Shown here in pieces: positions 1 through 9,811 of a DNA stretch of 60,125 bases. The notes below the pieces were generated by a model, which saw only the letters and a list, made by a program, of their open reading frames with translations, was not told where the DNA came from and ran no database searches. This stretch comes from a virus (taxonomy: Duplodnaviria; Caudoviricetes): IMG/VR virus record IMGVR_UViG_3300044626_000224, positions 1 to 60,125 of that record. One strand, 5' to 3'. The first letter of the stretch is position 1. Each line of letters begins with the position of its first letter. Both the position numbers and the translations under genes were made by a program.

Positions 1-127
1 TCAAGCGAAGGATGCCAGACGATCTACCCGCCGCAATGGGATGGGTTCATAAACCTCGTCTATTCAGAGATGAATAGATACAACCAAAAGACGATTCCAT
101 ATCTATTGGTGGAAAACGCTTGAATTA
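1..127. repeat. Exact 127-bp direct repeat of 54481-54607 (contig-end overlap; 3' end of endolysin gene)
   Basis: Base-by-base identical up to TGAATTA, then diverges (GAT vs AAA). Confidence 0.95.
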
Positions 128-157
128 GATACTCAATTATCGTAAACGATAATCCAT

Positions 158-1279
158 ATGGGAAATTGCAACGAAACCATTATAGTAGCATCCTACGCTA
201 GATCAGCAAAAGAAAGTGCTATCAGCGCGGCTCACTCTGCTTGTCTCGCACAGCAATCTATTGGAGCCAGCGGAGCCACAGGGGCAACTGGATTTGGGGC
301 AACAGGTGCTACAGGAGAAATAGGTGCGACAGGAGCGACAGGATTGACAGGAGCCACTGGTTTAGTTTCTCCCGCAGGTGGAATAAGATGGGCTTATACA
401 GGAAACGGGATTCAAACGGCATTTAATATTGTTGGAGCAATTTCTACGCTCGCTACTGCGTTTTTGGTAACAATTGATGGAGTCACGCAAGACCCGAACA
501 ATTACAGTATAACCGGAACTACTTTAACAATTTCAACTGCTGTCCCTAATGGATCAGTTATTGTAATTATTTCTTTAAATGGAATTCAAGGCGCGACAGG
601 CCCAAGTGGTGGCCCTATAGGCGCAACTGGAGCAACTGGCAGTGGCGCGACAGGAGCTACTGGAATTATGGGTGCTTCTGGTCAGCAAGGCGCGACTGGC
701 CCTCAAGGTGCTACTGGGATTGGAGCTTCTGGAGCTACGGGGGCTACAGGACAACAAGGCCCGATTGGCCCTCGCGGAGCAACTGGAATGGTCGGCCCTC
801 GCGGAGCTACGGGATTGACTGGGCCTATGGGAGCGAGCGGGTCTGGAGCTACAGGATCAACTGGAATCGAAGGGCCAACTGGGGCTACGGGATTAACTGG
901 AGCTACTGGCGCGGGAACTACTGGAGCTACTGGAATTGGTGCTACTGGCGCAACGGGAGTTGTAGGCGCAACGGGAGTTGTAGGCGCAACTGGAGCAACT
1001 GGCGTTGGAATTCAAGGGGCAACTGGTGCTACTGGAGTTTTGCCGCCATCAAATGCAGGAAATGTATGGACATTCACTGGTGATGGAACTACTGCAAGTT
1101 GGACATTGACAGGAAATACATCTGGGAGTATTGTATCTGCAAATTATTTAGTAGTTATTGATGGAATTTTCCAAGCACCAGCAAATTTCACTATAAACAA
1201 TGTATCTCCACGAACACTTTCAATATCAACTGTTCCATCTGGAAGTTCTCTTATAGTTGTATCTCTTTCAACCGCTTAA
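158..1279 (+). CDS. Collagen-like (Gly-Ala-Thr) tail fibre protein, variant A
   Basis: Long G-X-Y runs; two copies of a W.YTG.G...LV.IDG..Q.P..Y/F domain; N-terminus shared with 54638-56014. Confidence 0.8.
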   Translation: MGNCNETIIVASYARSAKESAISAAHSACLAQQSIGASGATGATGFGATGATGEIGATGATGLTGATGLVSPAGGIRWAYTGNGIQTAFNIVGAISTLATAFLVTIDGVTQDPNNYSITGTTLTISTAVPNGSVIVIISLNGIQGATGPSGGPIGATGATGSGATGATGIMGASGQQGATGPQGATGIGASGATGATGQQGPIGPRGATGMVGPRGATGLTGPMGASGSGATGSTGIEGPTGATGLTGATGAGTTGATGIGATGATGVVGATGVVGATGATGVGIQGATGATGVLPPSNAGNVWTFTGDGTTASWTLTGNTSGSIVSANYLVVIDGIFQAPANFTINNVSPRTLSISTVPSGSSLIVVSLSTA

Positions 1280-1295
1280 AAGAAAAAACAAAAAT

Positions 1296-2198
1296 ATGCC
1301 TATCACAAAAGCAACAGCAAATGTCGTAGATTTTGCATCTCCCAGTTCTCAAATTATAGCAGTTCCGGGTGACGATCTTCTTGCAAAATACGCTCAAGCT
1401 ATAACTCTAACTCCACAAGGGAATGCTCTTTCCGCAACAAATAGAGCAACATTGATTATCTATCCCGGCGTTTACACATTATCAGCTCAATGGAATGTAA
1501 CCGCTGAATTTGTTGATATACTTGGTATCGGTGATCAATTACAAAATCCAGCCGTTCTTTATACTGGATTTAATGTAGATGTTAGCGCAAATAATGTAAG
1601 GATTACAGGAATTGGAACAACAACTAATTCTTTGCATATTAGTGGTTCATTGCCTTTAAATGTATTTGAAAACTGCAAAGCACGCAGAGGTTCTTTTGCT
1701 GGAGCCTTTGGCGGCCCAGCATCTGGAACATACGTTGGATGCTTGGTTACTGGCGGGGCCGCTAGCGGAGCGTTTGGTATCGGCAATGTTGCTGATGGAA
1801 CATTTATTAACTGCAAAGCAACTACGTCCGCATTTGCTGGAGGAGACAACAATAACACATCGCAAGTTGCTTCTGGGGTATTTGATAATTGCGAATCACT
1901 AGGCGGGTTTGGGGCTTTTGGTGGGTTTACTGGGACAGCAAGGAATTGCAAGGGAGGTAGCAATTCTTTTGCTTCAAACCCAACAAGCTCTTCAACAATA
2001 CTTTCTGGAACCTGTATAAATTGCGAAGGTGGGACTAGTTCATTCGGTAATGGTGGTTTGTATGGTCAACCAAGAATAAGCGGATCATTGTATTATTGCC
2101 GTATAACTCCCGGTGGTGGGGCATTTGCAACAGTTACTGGAACTGGAATTACAAGATTGTGTATTGATGGGAATAACACGGAAAATAACCAAGGATAA
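1296..2198 (+). CDS. Putative beta-helix tailspike / receptor-binding protein (variant A only)
   Basis: IIYPGVY motif then repeated G.F.NC...F units typical of right-handed beta-helices; ATG at 1296 after an A-rich leader. Confidence 0.6.
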   Translation: MPITKATANVVDFASPSSQIIAVPGDDLLAKYAQAITLTPQGNALSATNRATLIIYPGVYTLSAQWNVTAEFVDILGIGDQLQNPAVLYTGFNVDVSANNVRITGIGTTTNSLHISGSLPLNVFENCKARRGSFAGAFGGPASGTYVGCLVTGGAASGAFGIGNVADGTFINCKATTSAFAGGDNNNTSQVASGVFDNCESLGGFGAFGGFTGTARNCKGGSNSFASNPTSSSTILSGTCINCEGGTSSFGNGGLYGQPRISGSLYYCRITPGGGAFATVTGTGITRLCIDGNNTENNQG

Positions 2199-2200
2199 TT

Positions 2201-2410
2201 ATGAAAACTTTCTTCAAAACAAAAGAATCAAATTGGACTGAAATTACAGGAAATGATGTAACTCAAGAAGACATTAATACTGTTGAGCAAATACTATCTG
2301 AAAATATTCCATCTAATGCAGATTTAATCTCTGCAAACATTACAATTCCACAAGTGACTGGAATTATTAATTTTCGTGTTGATGGCGAGCATTTGCAGTC
2401 AAGATTTTAA
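2201..2410 (+). CDS. Small hypothetical protein (possible fibre chaperone)
   Basis: 69-aa ORF tightly following the tailspike gene. Confidence 0.5.
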   Translation: MKTFFKTKESNWTEITGNDVTQEDINTVEQILSENIPSNADLISANITIPQVTGIINFRVDGEHLQSRF

Positions 2411-2451
2411 AATCCTTGACTAAACAATAAACTATCGTTAACGATAAAACT

Positions 2452-3414
2452 ATGAGTTGCGGAAATTCCAGAAGTTCAAAATGCAATCCATGCGGGCCGA
2501 GTGAGGCAGCGATGAATGCGATTGCAGAAAAAGCAGCATACTACGCAAGACTTGCCCAATATGCTTCAGATGGATTCAGCCAAGTTTATCTTGGGGCGAA
2601 AGATGTAGCACCTACCGCTGACAATAATGGAAATCCTTTAATCGTTGGTGCTTTGTATTACAACACAGTAGATGATCTTATCTACACATGGGATGGAGCA
2701 ATCTGGTCTGCAATACTTGTTGGAACAAATACCAACCAAACAATAGCAGGAGTTAAAACATTTACCCAACCAATCGTTGGTAGCATTACAGGAAATGCTG
2801 GAACAGCAACAACGCTACAAACTGGAAGAACAATTGGAATATCTGGATCAGTTACCGGAACCGCAACATCATTTAATGGTAGTGCAAATATAATCATACC
2901 AACAACGATTACAACTGGTGCGACGATCACGTCTCCCAACCTTGCAGGAACAGCTACTGGAGCGTTGACATCTAAAGTTTTGCAGGGAATTACTGATGCG
3001 ACTTCAGCAACCGCTGGATTTATTGGTGAAACATTTTCCGCATCAACAAGCGCAACAAGTATTGCAGACGATGACATTGAAACTGGAGCAACATTGAATT
3101 TGCCTGCTGGTGTATGGGAAGTATTTGGACAAGCAATATTTAATTTTTCAGGAGTTACTACAACTTCAGTTCAACCAATTGTTGCATCAATTAGCCCCAG
3201 CACGGGTGTGATTAACTATGGTAATTGCAATCAAGTTCTTATTCCTGTAATTTCTACAAGTTTATCGCTTTCTCCAACATACTCATTAGTTCCATCATTA
3301 TACAGGGTTCAAAGCACGCTTAATTTTTCTGTATATATAACTGTTAAATCACCAACAAGGAATGCTGGAGCAATGACATTTGAAACTTCAATTACAGCAA
3401 TAAGAGTAAGGTAA
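2452..3414 (+). CDS. Tail fibre protein, variant A
   Basis: Cys-rich N-terminus shared with 56074-56718; YLGAK..APT.DN.GNPL..GALYYNT and ITGNAGTATTLQTGRTI fibre motifs. Confidence 0.75.
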   Translation: MSCGNSRSSKCNPCGPSEAAMNAIAEKAAYYARLAQYASDGFSQVYLGAKDVAPTADNNGNPLIVGALYYNTVDDLIYTWDGAIWSAILVGTNTNQTIAGVKTFTQPIVGSITGNAGTATTLQTGRTIGISGSVTGTATSFNGSANIIIPTTITTGATITSPNLAGTATGALTSKVLQGITDATSATAGFIGETFSASTSATSIADDDIETGATLNLPAGVWEVFGQAIFNFSGVTTTSVQPIVASISPSTGVINYGNCNQVLIPVISTSLSLSPTYSLVPSLYRVQSTLNFSVYITVKSPTRNAGAMTFETSITAIRVR

Positions 3415-3418
3415 AAAT

Positions 3419-4756
3419 ATGAGTTACTGCACACCATGCCCACCATGCGACACGCAATTTCCATTGCTTTGTGAACCACTTGAGTTAACAACGCAAGCAA
3501 GCCGACTTGTTGTTGAAGATACCGCTGCTTGTCAGAAAACACTTCAAACCCCATCTTCCTCACAACAGGTTCTGAAATCAGTAGGTGGAAACTTGTCTTG
3601 GACAAGTGGAGGCAATAATTCTCTTCTCACTAAAGACAATAATGGATTTGTCGAGTTGCGTAATGGATCGCTATCGGAACCGATAACACTTCCAAGCATC
3701 GCACAACATACCGCAAGTTCAGTCCCATCTCAACTTGTCATGTTGTCTGATGGAACAGTAAAAGTTTGGGAGCCTTCACTCACAGCAGATAAGTATATCG
3801 CATACTGGGATGGAACTAACTGGGTAGCATCAACGCTCACAAACATTCTACCTTCTGGTAATGGTGTATTCTTCCGCGATACCGCTGGCGCATTGCAGGT
3901 AGCCACGGCAGGCGTATCTGGATCAACATTGCAGATGGTTGGGTCTAATATCCAGTTCGTTGCGGCTGGGCCAAACCAACTTCCGCAAGGATATATCTAC
4001 GGACTCACAATATCCAACAACGCTGCATCTGGAAATGATACACTTGATGTAGCTGAAGGACGATGCAGAAATACAGCAAATACATCAGACTTGGTATTAT
4101 CCGCAACAATGGTGAAAAACATCAACGCCAATTGGACTGCTGGAACAAATCAAGGTGGATTGGATGTTGGAACTAAAGCATCCGATTCAACTTACCATGT
4201 ATTTGTAATAGGAAACGGAGTTGCATTCGATGTTATCTTTTCGTTGAATTCCGTTGTGCCAGCGGTTCCAGATACATCATATACTTCTTCTCGCAGGATT
4301 GGATCATTCACAACTGACTCAGTTGGAAACATCCGACTATTCAAACAGATTGGAGATAGATTCTTGTATTTCTCGGATATTACAGTAGTAAAACCAATTG
4401 CATCTCAAGGAGGTGTAGCTGTAGGTATTGGTGGATCAATTTTTATTCTTAACGGGATTCCATCTGATATTATCGTAAAGCCATTGTTTGTTGCATCAAT
4501 TACGGCAGCAGTTCAGTGGGCGGTATTTGAAGTTGGGCAGGCATATCCATCTACTCAAATACCAGCAGTAAATAATACTGGCACAAACTATTTGAGGCAA
4601 GGAACCAGCACATCTGTTGTGATGAATACAATAGAACTTTATACAAATACATCAAGGCAGATTGGTGTAGATGTATCTGCTGCTGTAACATCTGGAGCTA
4701 CTGGCTTATACATTGACGTGTATGGTTGGGTTGATGATCGCGGCAAAACATTCTAA
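3419..4756 (+). CDS. Tail fibre/appendage protein, variant A
   Basis: N-terminal CTP.PPCD..FPL.CEP...LVVED..AC.KTLQTP anchor shared with 58761-59612; GGLD.G......TYHVF..RRIGS C-terminal fibre domain. Confidence 0.7.
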   Translation: MSYCTPCPPCDTQFPLLCEPLELTTQASRLVVEDTAACQKTLQTPSSSQQVLKSVGGNLSWTSGGNNSLLTKDNNGFVELRNGSLSEPITLPSIAQHTASSVPSQLVMLSDGTVKVWEPSLTADKYIAYWDGTNWVASTLTNILPSGNGVFFRDTAGALQVATAGVSGSTLQMVGSNIQFVAAGPNQLPQGYIYGLTISNNAASGNDTLDVAEGRCRNTANTSDLVLSATMVKNINANWTAGTNQGGLDVGTKASDSTYHVFVIGNGVAFDVIFSLNSVVPAVPDTSYTSSRRIGSFTTDSVGNIRLFKQIGDRFLYFSDITVVKPIASQGGVAVGIGGSIFILNGIPSDIIVKPLFVASITAAVQWAVFEVGQAYPSTQIPAVNNTGTNYLRQGTSTSVVMNTIELYTNTSRQIGVDVSAAVTSGATGLYIDVYGWVDDRGKTF

Positions 4757-4758
4757 AA

Positions 4759-6603
4759 ATGCCATCCGAAGGATCAGTATTTGACGGATTCACAAGTATC
4801 ATAGCGCAAGACGCAGATACTCATCCATCATATCTACCAGAGTCAGTAGTATCAGAGTCGGTAAATAGGACATTCCGAGGAGGGATTAACCGAACAAGGA
4901 CAAGCATTCGGAATATCGTAATCAAAGCGGGAGATGGTCAACCATCAACTATCGTAAACGATATTCAGAATGGCAACTTCCAAGGGGCGTATCCATATCG
5001 CAGAACAAAATATGAATCTGCTGATGGAATACTATTGTCTGTATCTGGCGTGATCTACTTCTTAAAGATTACAAACAACTTTGCAACGGCATACAAGATC
5101 ATTGACGGGAACGATCCCGGCATGATGCACACATGGTTTGTGCAAGCAGAAGATAGAGTTTATATCCAGAATGGATACCAGAATGCCATAGCATGGGATG
5201 GCGACCTTAATACTCCAGCATACAGGCTCAATCCATTTAAGCAGCAAATGCCGATTGGGACGATCATGGAGTATGCTTTCGGGCGAGTCTTTGTATCTGA
5301 TAGGTTCAACCAAATCTACGCTTCGGATATTATCTACGGAAATGGATTTACCGATACCAAGAATACGGAGAACTTCACTGAGATAGGATACTGGGCAGAA
5401 GGCGGTGCATTCTCTACCCCTGCAATGATGGGGAATATCACAGGGATGAAAGTCATGCCACAGATTGGAACTAACCTTCGCGGTCAAGGTGAGCTTGTAA
5501 TCCTAACTGGCAACGGAGCATTCTCAATGGATGTATCTATCCCAAGGTCAGAATGGAATACTTCAAACATCCAGCGCATCTCACTCCTTGGGCGCGGATG
5601 CACATCGCCATACCTTGGACTTGCTAACTCTGAACTTTGGTTTAGGTCACACGATGGTTGGGCGTTCTATTCTAATAGCCAATCTGAATTTGCAAGATAC
5701 TTCTCGCTTCGTAAACTTTCGAGGGAAGTAAACAAGTGGGTCGAGAATGACACTCCTTGGCTGAAGCAATTCGCTTCTACGATGTTTTTTGATAACTACA
5801 TCATCAGCACAGTTTCTCCACAGACCTACCGAGCAGAAGGTGTAGAAGGACTGAATAGGTATCATAGGGGCATGGTTGTTCTCGACCTCGACCAATCTTC
5901 TTCCCCGTCTCCAGATGCAGAACTTAAATTTCGTTGGAATGGTATCTGGACAGGCATCAGACCAACTCAACTTCTGACTGCATTGATCCAAGGTGAAAAG
6001 CGTGGATTCGGATTCTCGTTTGATAAAGACAATAAGAACCGACTTTACGAGTTCACTATAGCCCAAGGTGATGACTACGGCCCAAATGGAAGCAGGCAGA
6101 TTGAATCCTTCTTCACAACTGGAAGGTATGACTTCAACCGAAGCGGGGCTACCAACAAGTTCCTCCGCAAAAAGATTACTGGTGGAGAAATGTGGATGAG
6201 TGAGATTAAGGGACAGGTAGAAAGTGATGTTGAGTTCCGCGCAGATAGTAATCCCTGTTGGTCAGAACTAAAAGTGCCTACGACATTTGGATGTGACCCA
6301 TGCTCGCCAGTAGTAACTGAATGCTTCCCGCAACGAGGAGGTAATCGCTACAAACGCTACAAGTTTAACACACCAGACCCAAGTGAGTGCAATGACTTGG
6401 CAGGCATTCCATCGGTAGAGGGGAGCGAGTTTCAGATTAAAGTCAACCTAACTGGAGCGGCTACAGTTGACCGAGTGCGACTGATGGCAAACATCAAGAA
6501 CAACGATGATTCTCCAGTTGGTGACTGCCCCGAAGAAAATCAAGAATGTGAACCATTTTTGTGTTGCCAAGAAAAATATTGGAATTACAATATTGTAAAT
6601 TAA
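4759..6603 (+). CDS. Putative tail nozzle / tail tubular protein B (P22 gp10/T7 gp12-like)
   Basis: 614 aa, beta-rich, positioned between fibres and adaptor/ejection genes; 5' part repeated at 59612-60125. Confidence 0.6.
   Translation: MPSEGSVFDGFTSIIAQDADTHPSYLPESVVSESVNRTFRGGINRTRTSIRNIVIKAGDGQPSTIVNDIQNGNFQGAYPYRRTKYESADGILLSVSGVIYFLKITNNFATAYKIIDGNDPGMMHTWFVQAEDRVYIQNGYQNAIAWDGDLNTPAYRLNPFKQQMPIGTIMEYAFGRVFVSDRFNQIYASDIIYGNGFTDTKNTENFTEIGYWAEGGAFSTPAMMGNITGMKVMPQIGTNLRGQGELVILTGNGAFSMDVSIPRSEWNTSNIQRISLLGRGCTSPYLGLANSELWFRSHDGWAFYSNSQSEFARYFSLRKLSREVNKWVENDTPWLKQFASTMFFDNYIISTVSPQTYRAEGVEGLNRYHRGMVVLDLDQSSSPSPDAELKFRWNGIWTGIRPTQLLTALIQGEKRGFGFSFDKDNKNRLYEFTIAQGDDYGPNGSRQIESFFTTGRYDFNRSGATNKFLRKKITGGEMWMSEIKGQVESDVEFRADSNPCWSELKVPTTFGCDPCSPVVTECFPQRGGNRYKRYKFNTPDPSECNDLAGIPSVEGSEFQIKVNLTGAATVDRVRLMANIKNNDDSPVGDCPEENQECEPFLCCQEKYWNYNIVN
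5146..5272. repeat. Exact 127-bp direct repeat of 59999-60125 (contig-end overlap)
   Basis: Identical for 127 nt; the preceding base differs (A5145 vs G59998). Confidence 0.95.
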
Positions 6604-6606
6604 GTT

Positions 6607-7098
6607 ATGGACAACGCCGATTCATCTCCAGCAATTACATTTCCAAATGTTCCAGATGATTTCTGTCCAACTGGTAACTGGCAAAATGTTTTTCAGCAAT
6701 TCATTGATGAGGTTCTTTCCAATGGAACAATTCTTGTTCCGGGTTTAGGCGATGTAACTCCAGCAGAAATTGCTAACATCAATCAAGACATTCAGAATCT
6801 TCAAAATCAAGTTGATGCTCTTGATACGATCCAGATTCGCAGAGGAGTTCTTACTGCAATTGGATCGGGAGATTCTACAAAACCTATTACTTTTGATAAT
6901 GATATGCCAGATAATGACTATACAGTATCATTGACTGCAATCTTACCATCTTCCCCAATAACAGCAGCGTCTCCAAATGTATTCCTTCTCAATGGAACAA
7001 AAGCAATAAATGGATTTACTGTAGCTATTGAAAACAACGGAACTTCCCCAGCAACAACCATAACAAGTATAGAGTGGCTTGCAATCTACTCTGCATAA
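6607..7098 (+). CDS. Virion structural protein (short coiled coil plus beta-sandwich C-terminus)
   Basis: 163 aa; ITF...MPD..Y.VSLT...GFTV...WLAI resembles fibre-tip/H-type lectin-like domains. Confidence 0.5.
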   Translation: MDNADSSPAITFPNVPDDFCPTGNWQNVFQQFIDEVLSNGTILVPGLGDVTPAEIANINQDIQNLQNQVDALDTIQIRRGVLTAIGSGDSTKPITFDNDMPDNDYTVSLTAILPSSPITAASPNVFLLNGTKAINGFTVAIENNGTSPATTITSIEWLAIYSA

Positions 7099-7116
7099 CA
7101 AAGAAAAAATAAAAAT

Positions 7117-7275
7117 ATGACACCACTAAAAGGAACCGATCCTAAACTCGTTAGCGGCGGCGCACCAACTCGCGGCATGATCCGTGAAGGTATGGGCAAT
7201 ATGCCTAACTTGGGCAAGAAGAAGCCAAGCATCTACACGACTGCTGGCACTCCAAAGCAAGGCTACCAGAAATAA
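7117..7275 (+). CDS. Small basic Gly/Pro/Lys-rich protein (52 aa, MTPLKGTDPK...GYQK), not in ORF track
   Basis: Translated by hand; fills the gap between 7098 and 7297; A-rich leader. Confidence 0.6.
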   Translation: MTPLKGTDPKLVSGGAPTRGMIREGMGNMPNLGKKKPSIYTTAGTPKQGYQK

Positions 7276-7296
7276 TTATCGGAAACGATAATCCCT

Positions 7297-8259
7297 ATGG
7301 CTGATACCCTCGAAGAGATGGTAGAGCTTGTGAAGGGTTTCGTCGGAGACAGTGGCGTTTGCAATTATGAACGTGCTGTCAAAGCCGTAAACCAAGCAAG
7401 GCGACTACTTTGGAACAAAAGGGCGTGGACTTCGCAAGAAGAATACGTCCAGATTTGTTGCGTGAACGATTGCTTCACGCTTCCAGCCCGATATGAGCAA
7501 ATCAAACTTGCTTGGATCGGTGATGAGTCTGCGAGCCTCGCTGACGAATGGTTCAATGCGACCAATGCTTTTGCTCTTCATGCGGATCACTCATGCCATA
7601 GAGGAATCGTAGAAGTAGGAGGACTCCATGTTCTCTTCAGAGATTATACCACGCATCCATACCAAATCGGGGTAATGGCCGAAGAGGTTGAAGACATCGG
7701 CGTAGAGTTGATGTTTGAAGCGCAAGACCAGTATGACACCTATCATAAAGTCAAGGTAACTATCGATACTCCTCCAACGCTGGCGAAGTCTGACCTTCTT
7801 GTGAAGGGGATTCGGTCAGTAACCAAACCAGTTACCAAAGGCAGGATTCGCGTGTATGCCTACGATACTGCATTGGAAGCAAAGACGCTGATAGCAATCT
7901 ATCAACCCAACGATGCTCATCCAACTTTCCGTAGGTTCAAAGCACCGAAGACTTGCGAGTGTATCACGCTTTACGCATCGAAGAAATACTTTGATTTGAC
8001 CGACCCGAAAGAGTTGGTTGAGTTCATCCCAGATGCAATGATCTATGCGGTTCTTGCATTGAACTCGCGTGAGAATCGCAAGGCACAAGAGTTCTTGCAA
8101 AATCTATCTCTTGCTGTTCAAGAGCAAGAGAAGGAGATGGAAGGCTTAGAAATCCCCACTTGCGCTCCATTGCGGGTAGCAAACTATAGTCGGGCAGACA
8201 ACCTAATCGGTGCTGATATATTGTCACCAACACCCAACGATTACTTCATGTATCGATGA
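7297..8259 (+). CDS. Putative head-tail adaptor / tail tubular protein A
   Basis: 320 aa; helical N-terminus (VNQARRLL), position in tail module. Confidence 0.5.
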   Translation: MADTLEEMVELVKGFVGDSGVCNYERAVKAVNQARRLLWNKRAWTSQEEYVQICCVNDCFTLPARYEQIKLAWIGDESASLADEWFNATNAFALHADHSCHRGIVEVGGLHVLFRDYTTHPYQIGVMAEEVEDIGVELMFEAQDQYDTYHKVKVTIDTPPTLAKSDLLVKGIRSVTKPVTKGRIRVYAYDTALEAKTLIAIYQPNDAHPTFRRFKAPKTCECITLYASKKYFDLTDPKELVEFIPDAMIYAVLALNSRENRKAQEFLQNLSLAVQEQEKEMEGLEIPTCAPLRVANYSRADNLIGADILSPTPNDYFMYR

Positions 8260-8744
8260 ATTTAACAATTCCAGACAAGATTGAAGCAAAGAGCGTAATT
8301 GGATATGGTGATCCAAACTACGAGCTTAACTTGATGGACTTGGAGATTCTGAAACTACCTCCACGGGAATGTCCGCTGGTGCATAGGTTTACTCCGGGTA
8401 TGTATATTCGGGAAATCTATATGCCGAAGGATACGATTCTGACAAGTTTACTCCATCTCACTACGCATCCATTCTTCGTGATGAAAGGTGATGTGACTGT
8501 CTGGTATCATGGTATCCCTGCCCACCGCTACAAAACGGGCTACAGTGGCATCACAGAAGCAGGAACGAGGCGTTTGCTGGCTACTCACAAAGACACAATC
8601 TGGACTACCTGCCATGTCACAGACTTAACTGATCCAGACGAAATTATTGACAGCATCACTTCAAGAGACTTTAATCCCCACATCGCCAAGGAAGACCCAA
8701 GGGTGCAGAAGTGGCGGCATAACCGAACCGACTTAATCAAATGA
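8256..8744 (+). CDS. Cupin-fold phage protein
   Basis: HRFTPGMYIREIYMPK...H...H.FFVMKG..V motif, commonly found before ejection-protein genes. Confidence 0.6.
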   Translation: MNLTIPDKIEAKSVIGYGDPNYELNLMDLEILKLPPRECPLVHRFTPGMYIREIYMPKDTILTSLLHLTTHPFFVMKGDVTVWYHGIPAHRYKTGYSGITEAGTRRLLATHKDTIWTTCHVTDLTDPDEIIDSITSRDFNPHIAKEDPRVQKWRHNRTDLIK

Positions 8745-9805
8745 GATTTCTTCTACCAGACCCATTAGGCAACGATAAACATTCTCAGATGTTTCACTCC
8801 AGCGGATTCGCTATTGCTGCTGGTGTGGTTGCCGTAGGTGCAGCGGCAGGATCAGCGGCTATCTCAATGTCGGCAGCGGATAGGGCTAAGAGGGGGCAAG
8901 GCAAAGCAGCGGCAGCATATAAAAAAGGACAACGCGAAGTCCAAAAGAGAATCGATGAGGTTAAGGCTCCAGAGTATAACCTCGCATCCATGATCGGTGA
9001 TGCTGGCAGAATTTCACAATATCAAAGAGGTGAATTGGAAAAGTTCCAGCCCGGAGCGGCGGCACTAAGAGCAAGGTCAGTTGGTCAAATCAACAAAGCA
9101 ATGGATGTTACTGACCAATACTTGAGGGGAGAAATCCCACAAGATGTCAGAGAACAAACCATGCGAAACATCGCTGAGTTTGGTGGGGCAGGATTCAACC
9201 CAGCAACAGCAGGCCGAGCAGGGGGATTCCAAGCAGCACAAGCATTGGTTCCAAGACAATTTGGATTAACCTCCCTTGATATTCAAGGAACTGGGATGGC
9301 GGCAATCCCTGCAATCCAAGGCACAGCACAAAACTGGCAGCAGTTGGCGCGAGCATTTACAGCAGACCCATTGGATGTAGGTAGGGTTCAACTTGGATTC
9401 CAAACGGCAGCAGCAGAAGTTGGATTGCAGAAAGCAAGAATGACTGCTGGCGTTTACGAGAACATCTACGGAGCAAACAAAGAGAATATCGCAGCAAGTT
9501 ACGCTGCACAGCAAGCAGTCGGCCAAGGTGTCTCTGACATTGGTAAGGCTACCTCTGGCGCGTTGATGGGCATGAGTAATATCAGTGCAGCACAACAAGG
9601 ACTGAATCTTGGAGGTATGGGTGGAGGTATGGGTGGATTTGGAACAGGATTTGGATCACAACCAGTAACAATTCAATCTAAAGCTGATTACGCAAGCAGG
9701 GTATCAAATCCTAATTTACAATATTTAGGTGGGCAAGTAGATACAATGACAGATACTTATAAAGGCCCAAGGTTGCAATCGCAAATCTACGGGGGAGGAA
9801 GGTAA
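8741..9805 (+). CDS. Internal virion / DNA-ejection protein 1
   Basis: Ala/Gly/Gln-rich with hydrophobic N-terminal segment; first of three progressively larger ORFs. Confidence 0.6.
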   Translation: MRFLLPDPLGNDKHSQMFHSSGFAIAAGVVAVGAAAGSAAISMSAADRAKRGQGKAAAAYKKGQREVQKRIDEVKAPEYNLASMIGDAGRISQYQRGELEKFQPGAAALRARSVGQINKAMDVTDQYLRGEIPQDVREQTMRNIAEFGGAGFNPATAGRAGGFQAAQALVPRQFGLTSLDIQGTGMAAIPAIQGTAQNWQQLARAFTADPLDVGRVQLGFQTAAAEVGLQKARMTAGVYENIYGANKENIAASYAAQQAVGQGVSDIGKATSGALMGMSNISAAQQGLNLGGMGGGMGGFGTGFGSQPVTIQSKADYASRVSNPNLQYLGGQVDTMTDTYKGPRLQSQIYGGGR

Positions 9806-9811
9806 AATACT

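Noticed and set aside
1-127. Biological terminal direct repeat
   Set aside because: Both end overlaps are exactly 127 bp, fall inside genes and match internal positions rather than each other; this is typical of k-mer overlap
138-151. Palindrome as a simple late promoter, RBS or terminator
   Set aside because: Symmetric, and about half the copies lie mid-gene in early, replication and late genes alike, with no U-tract
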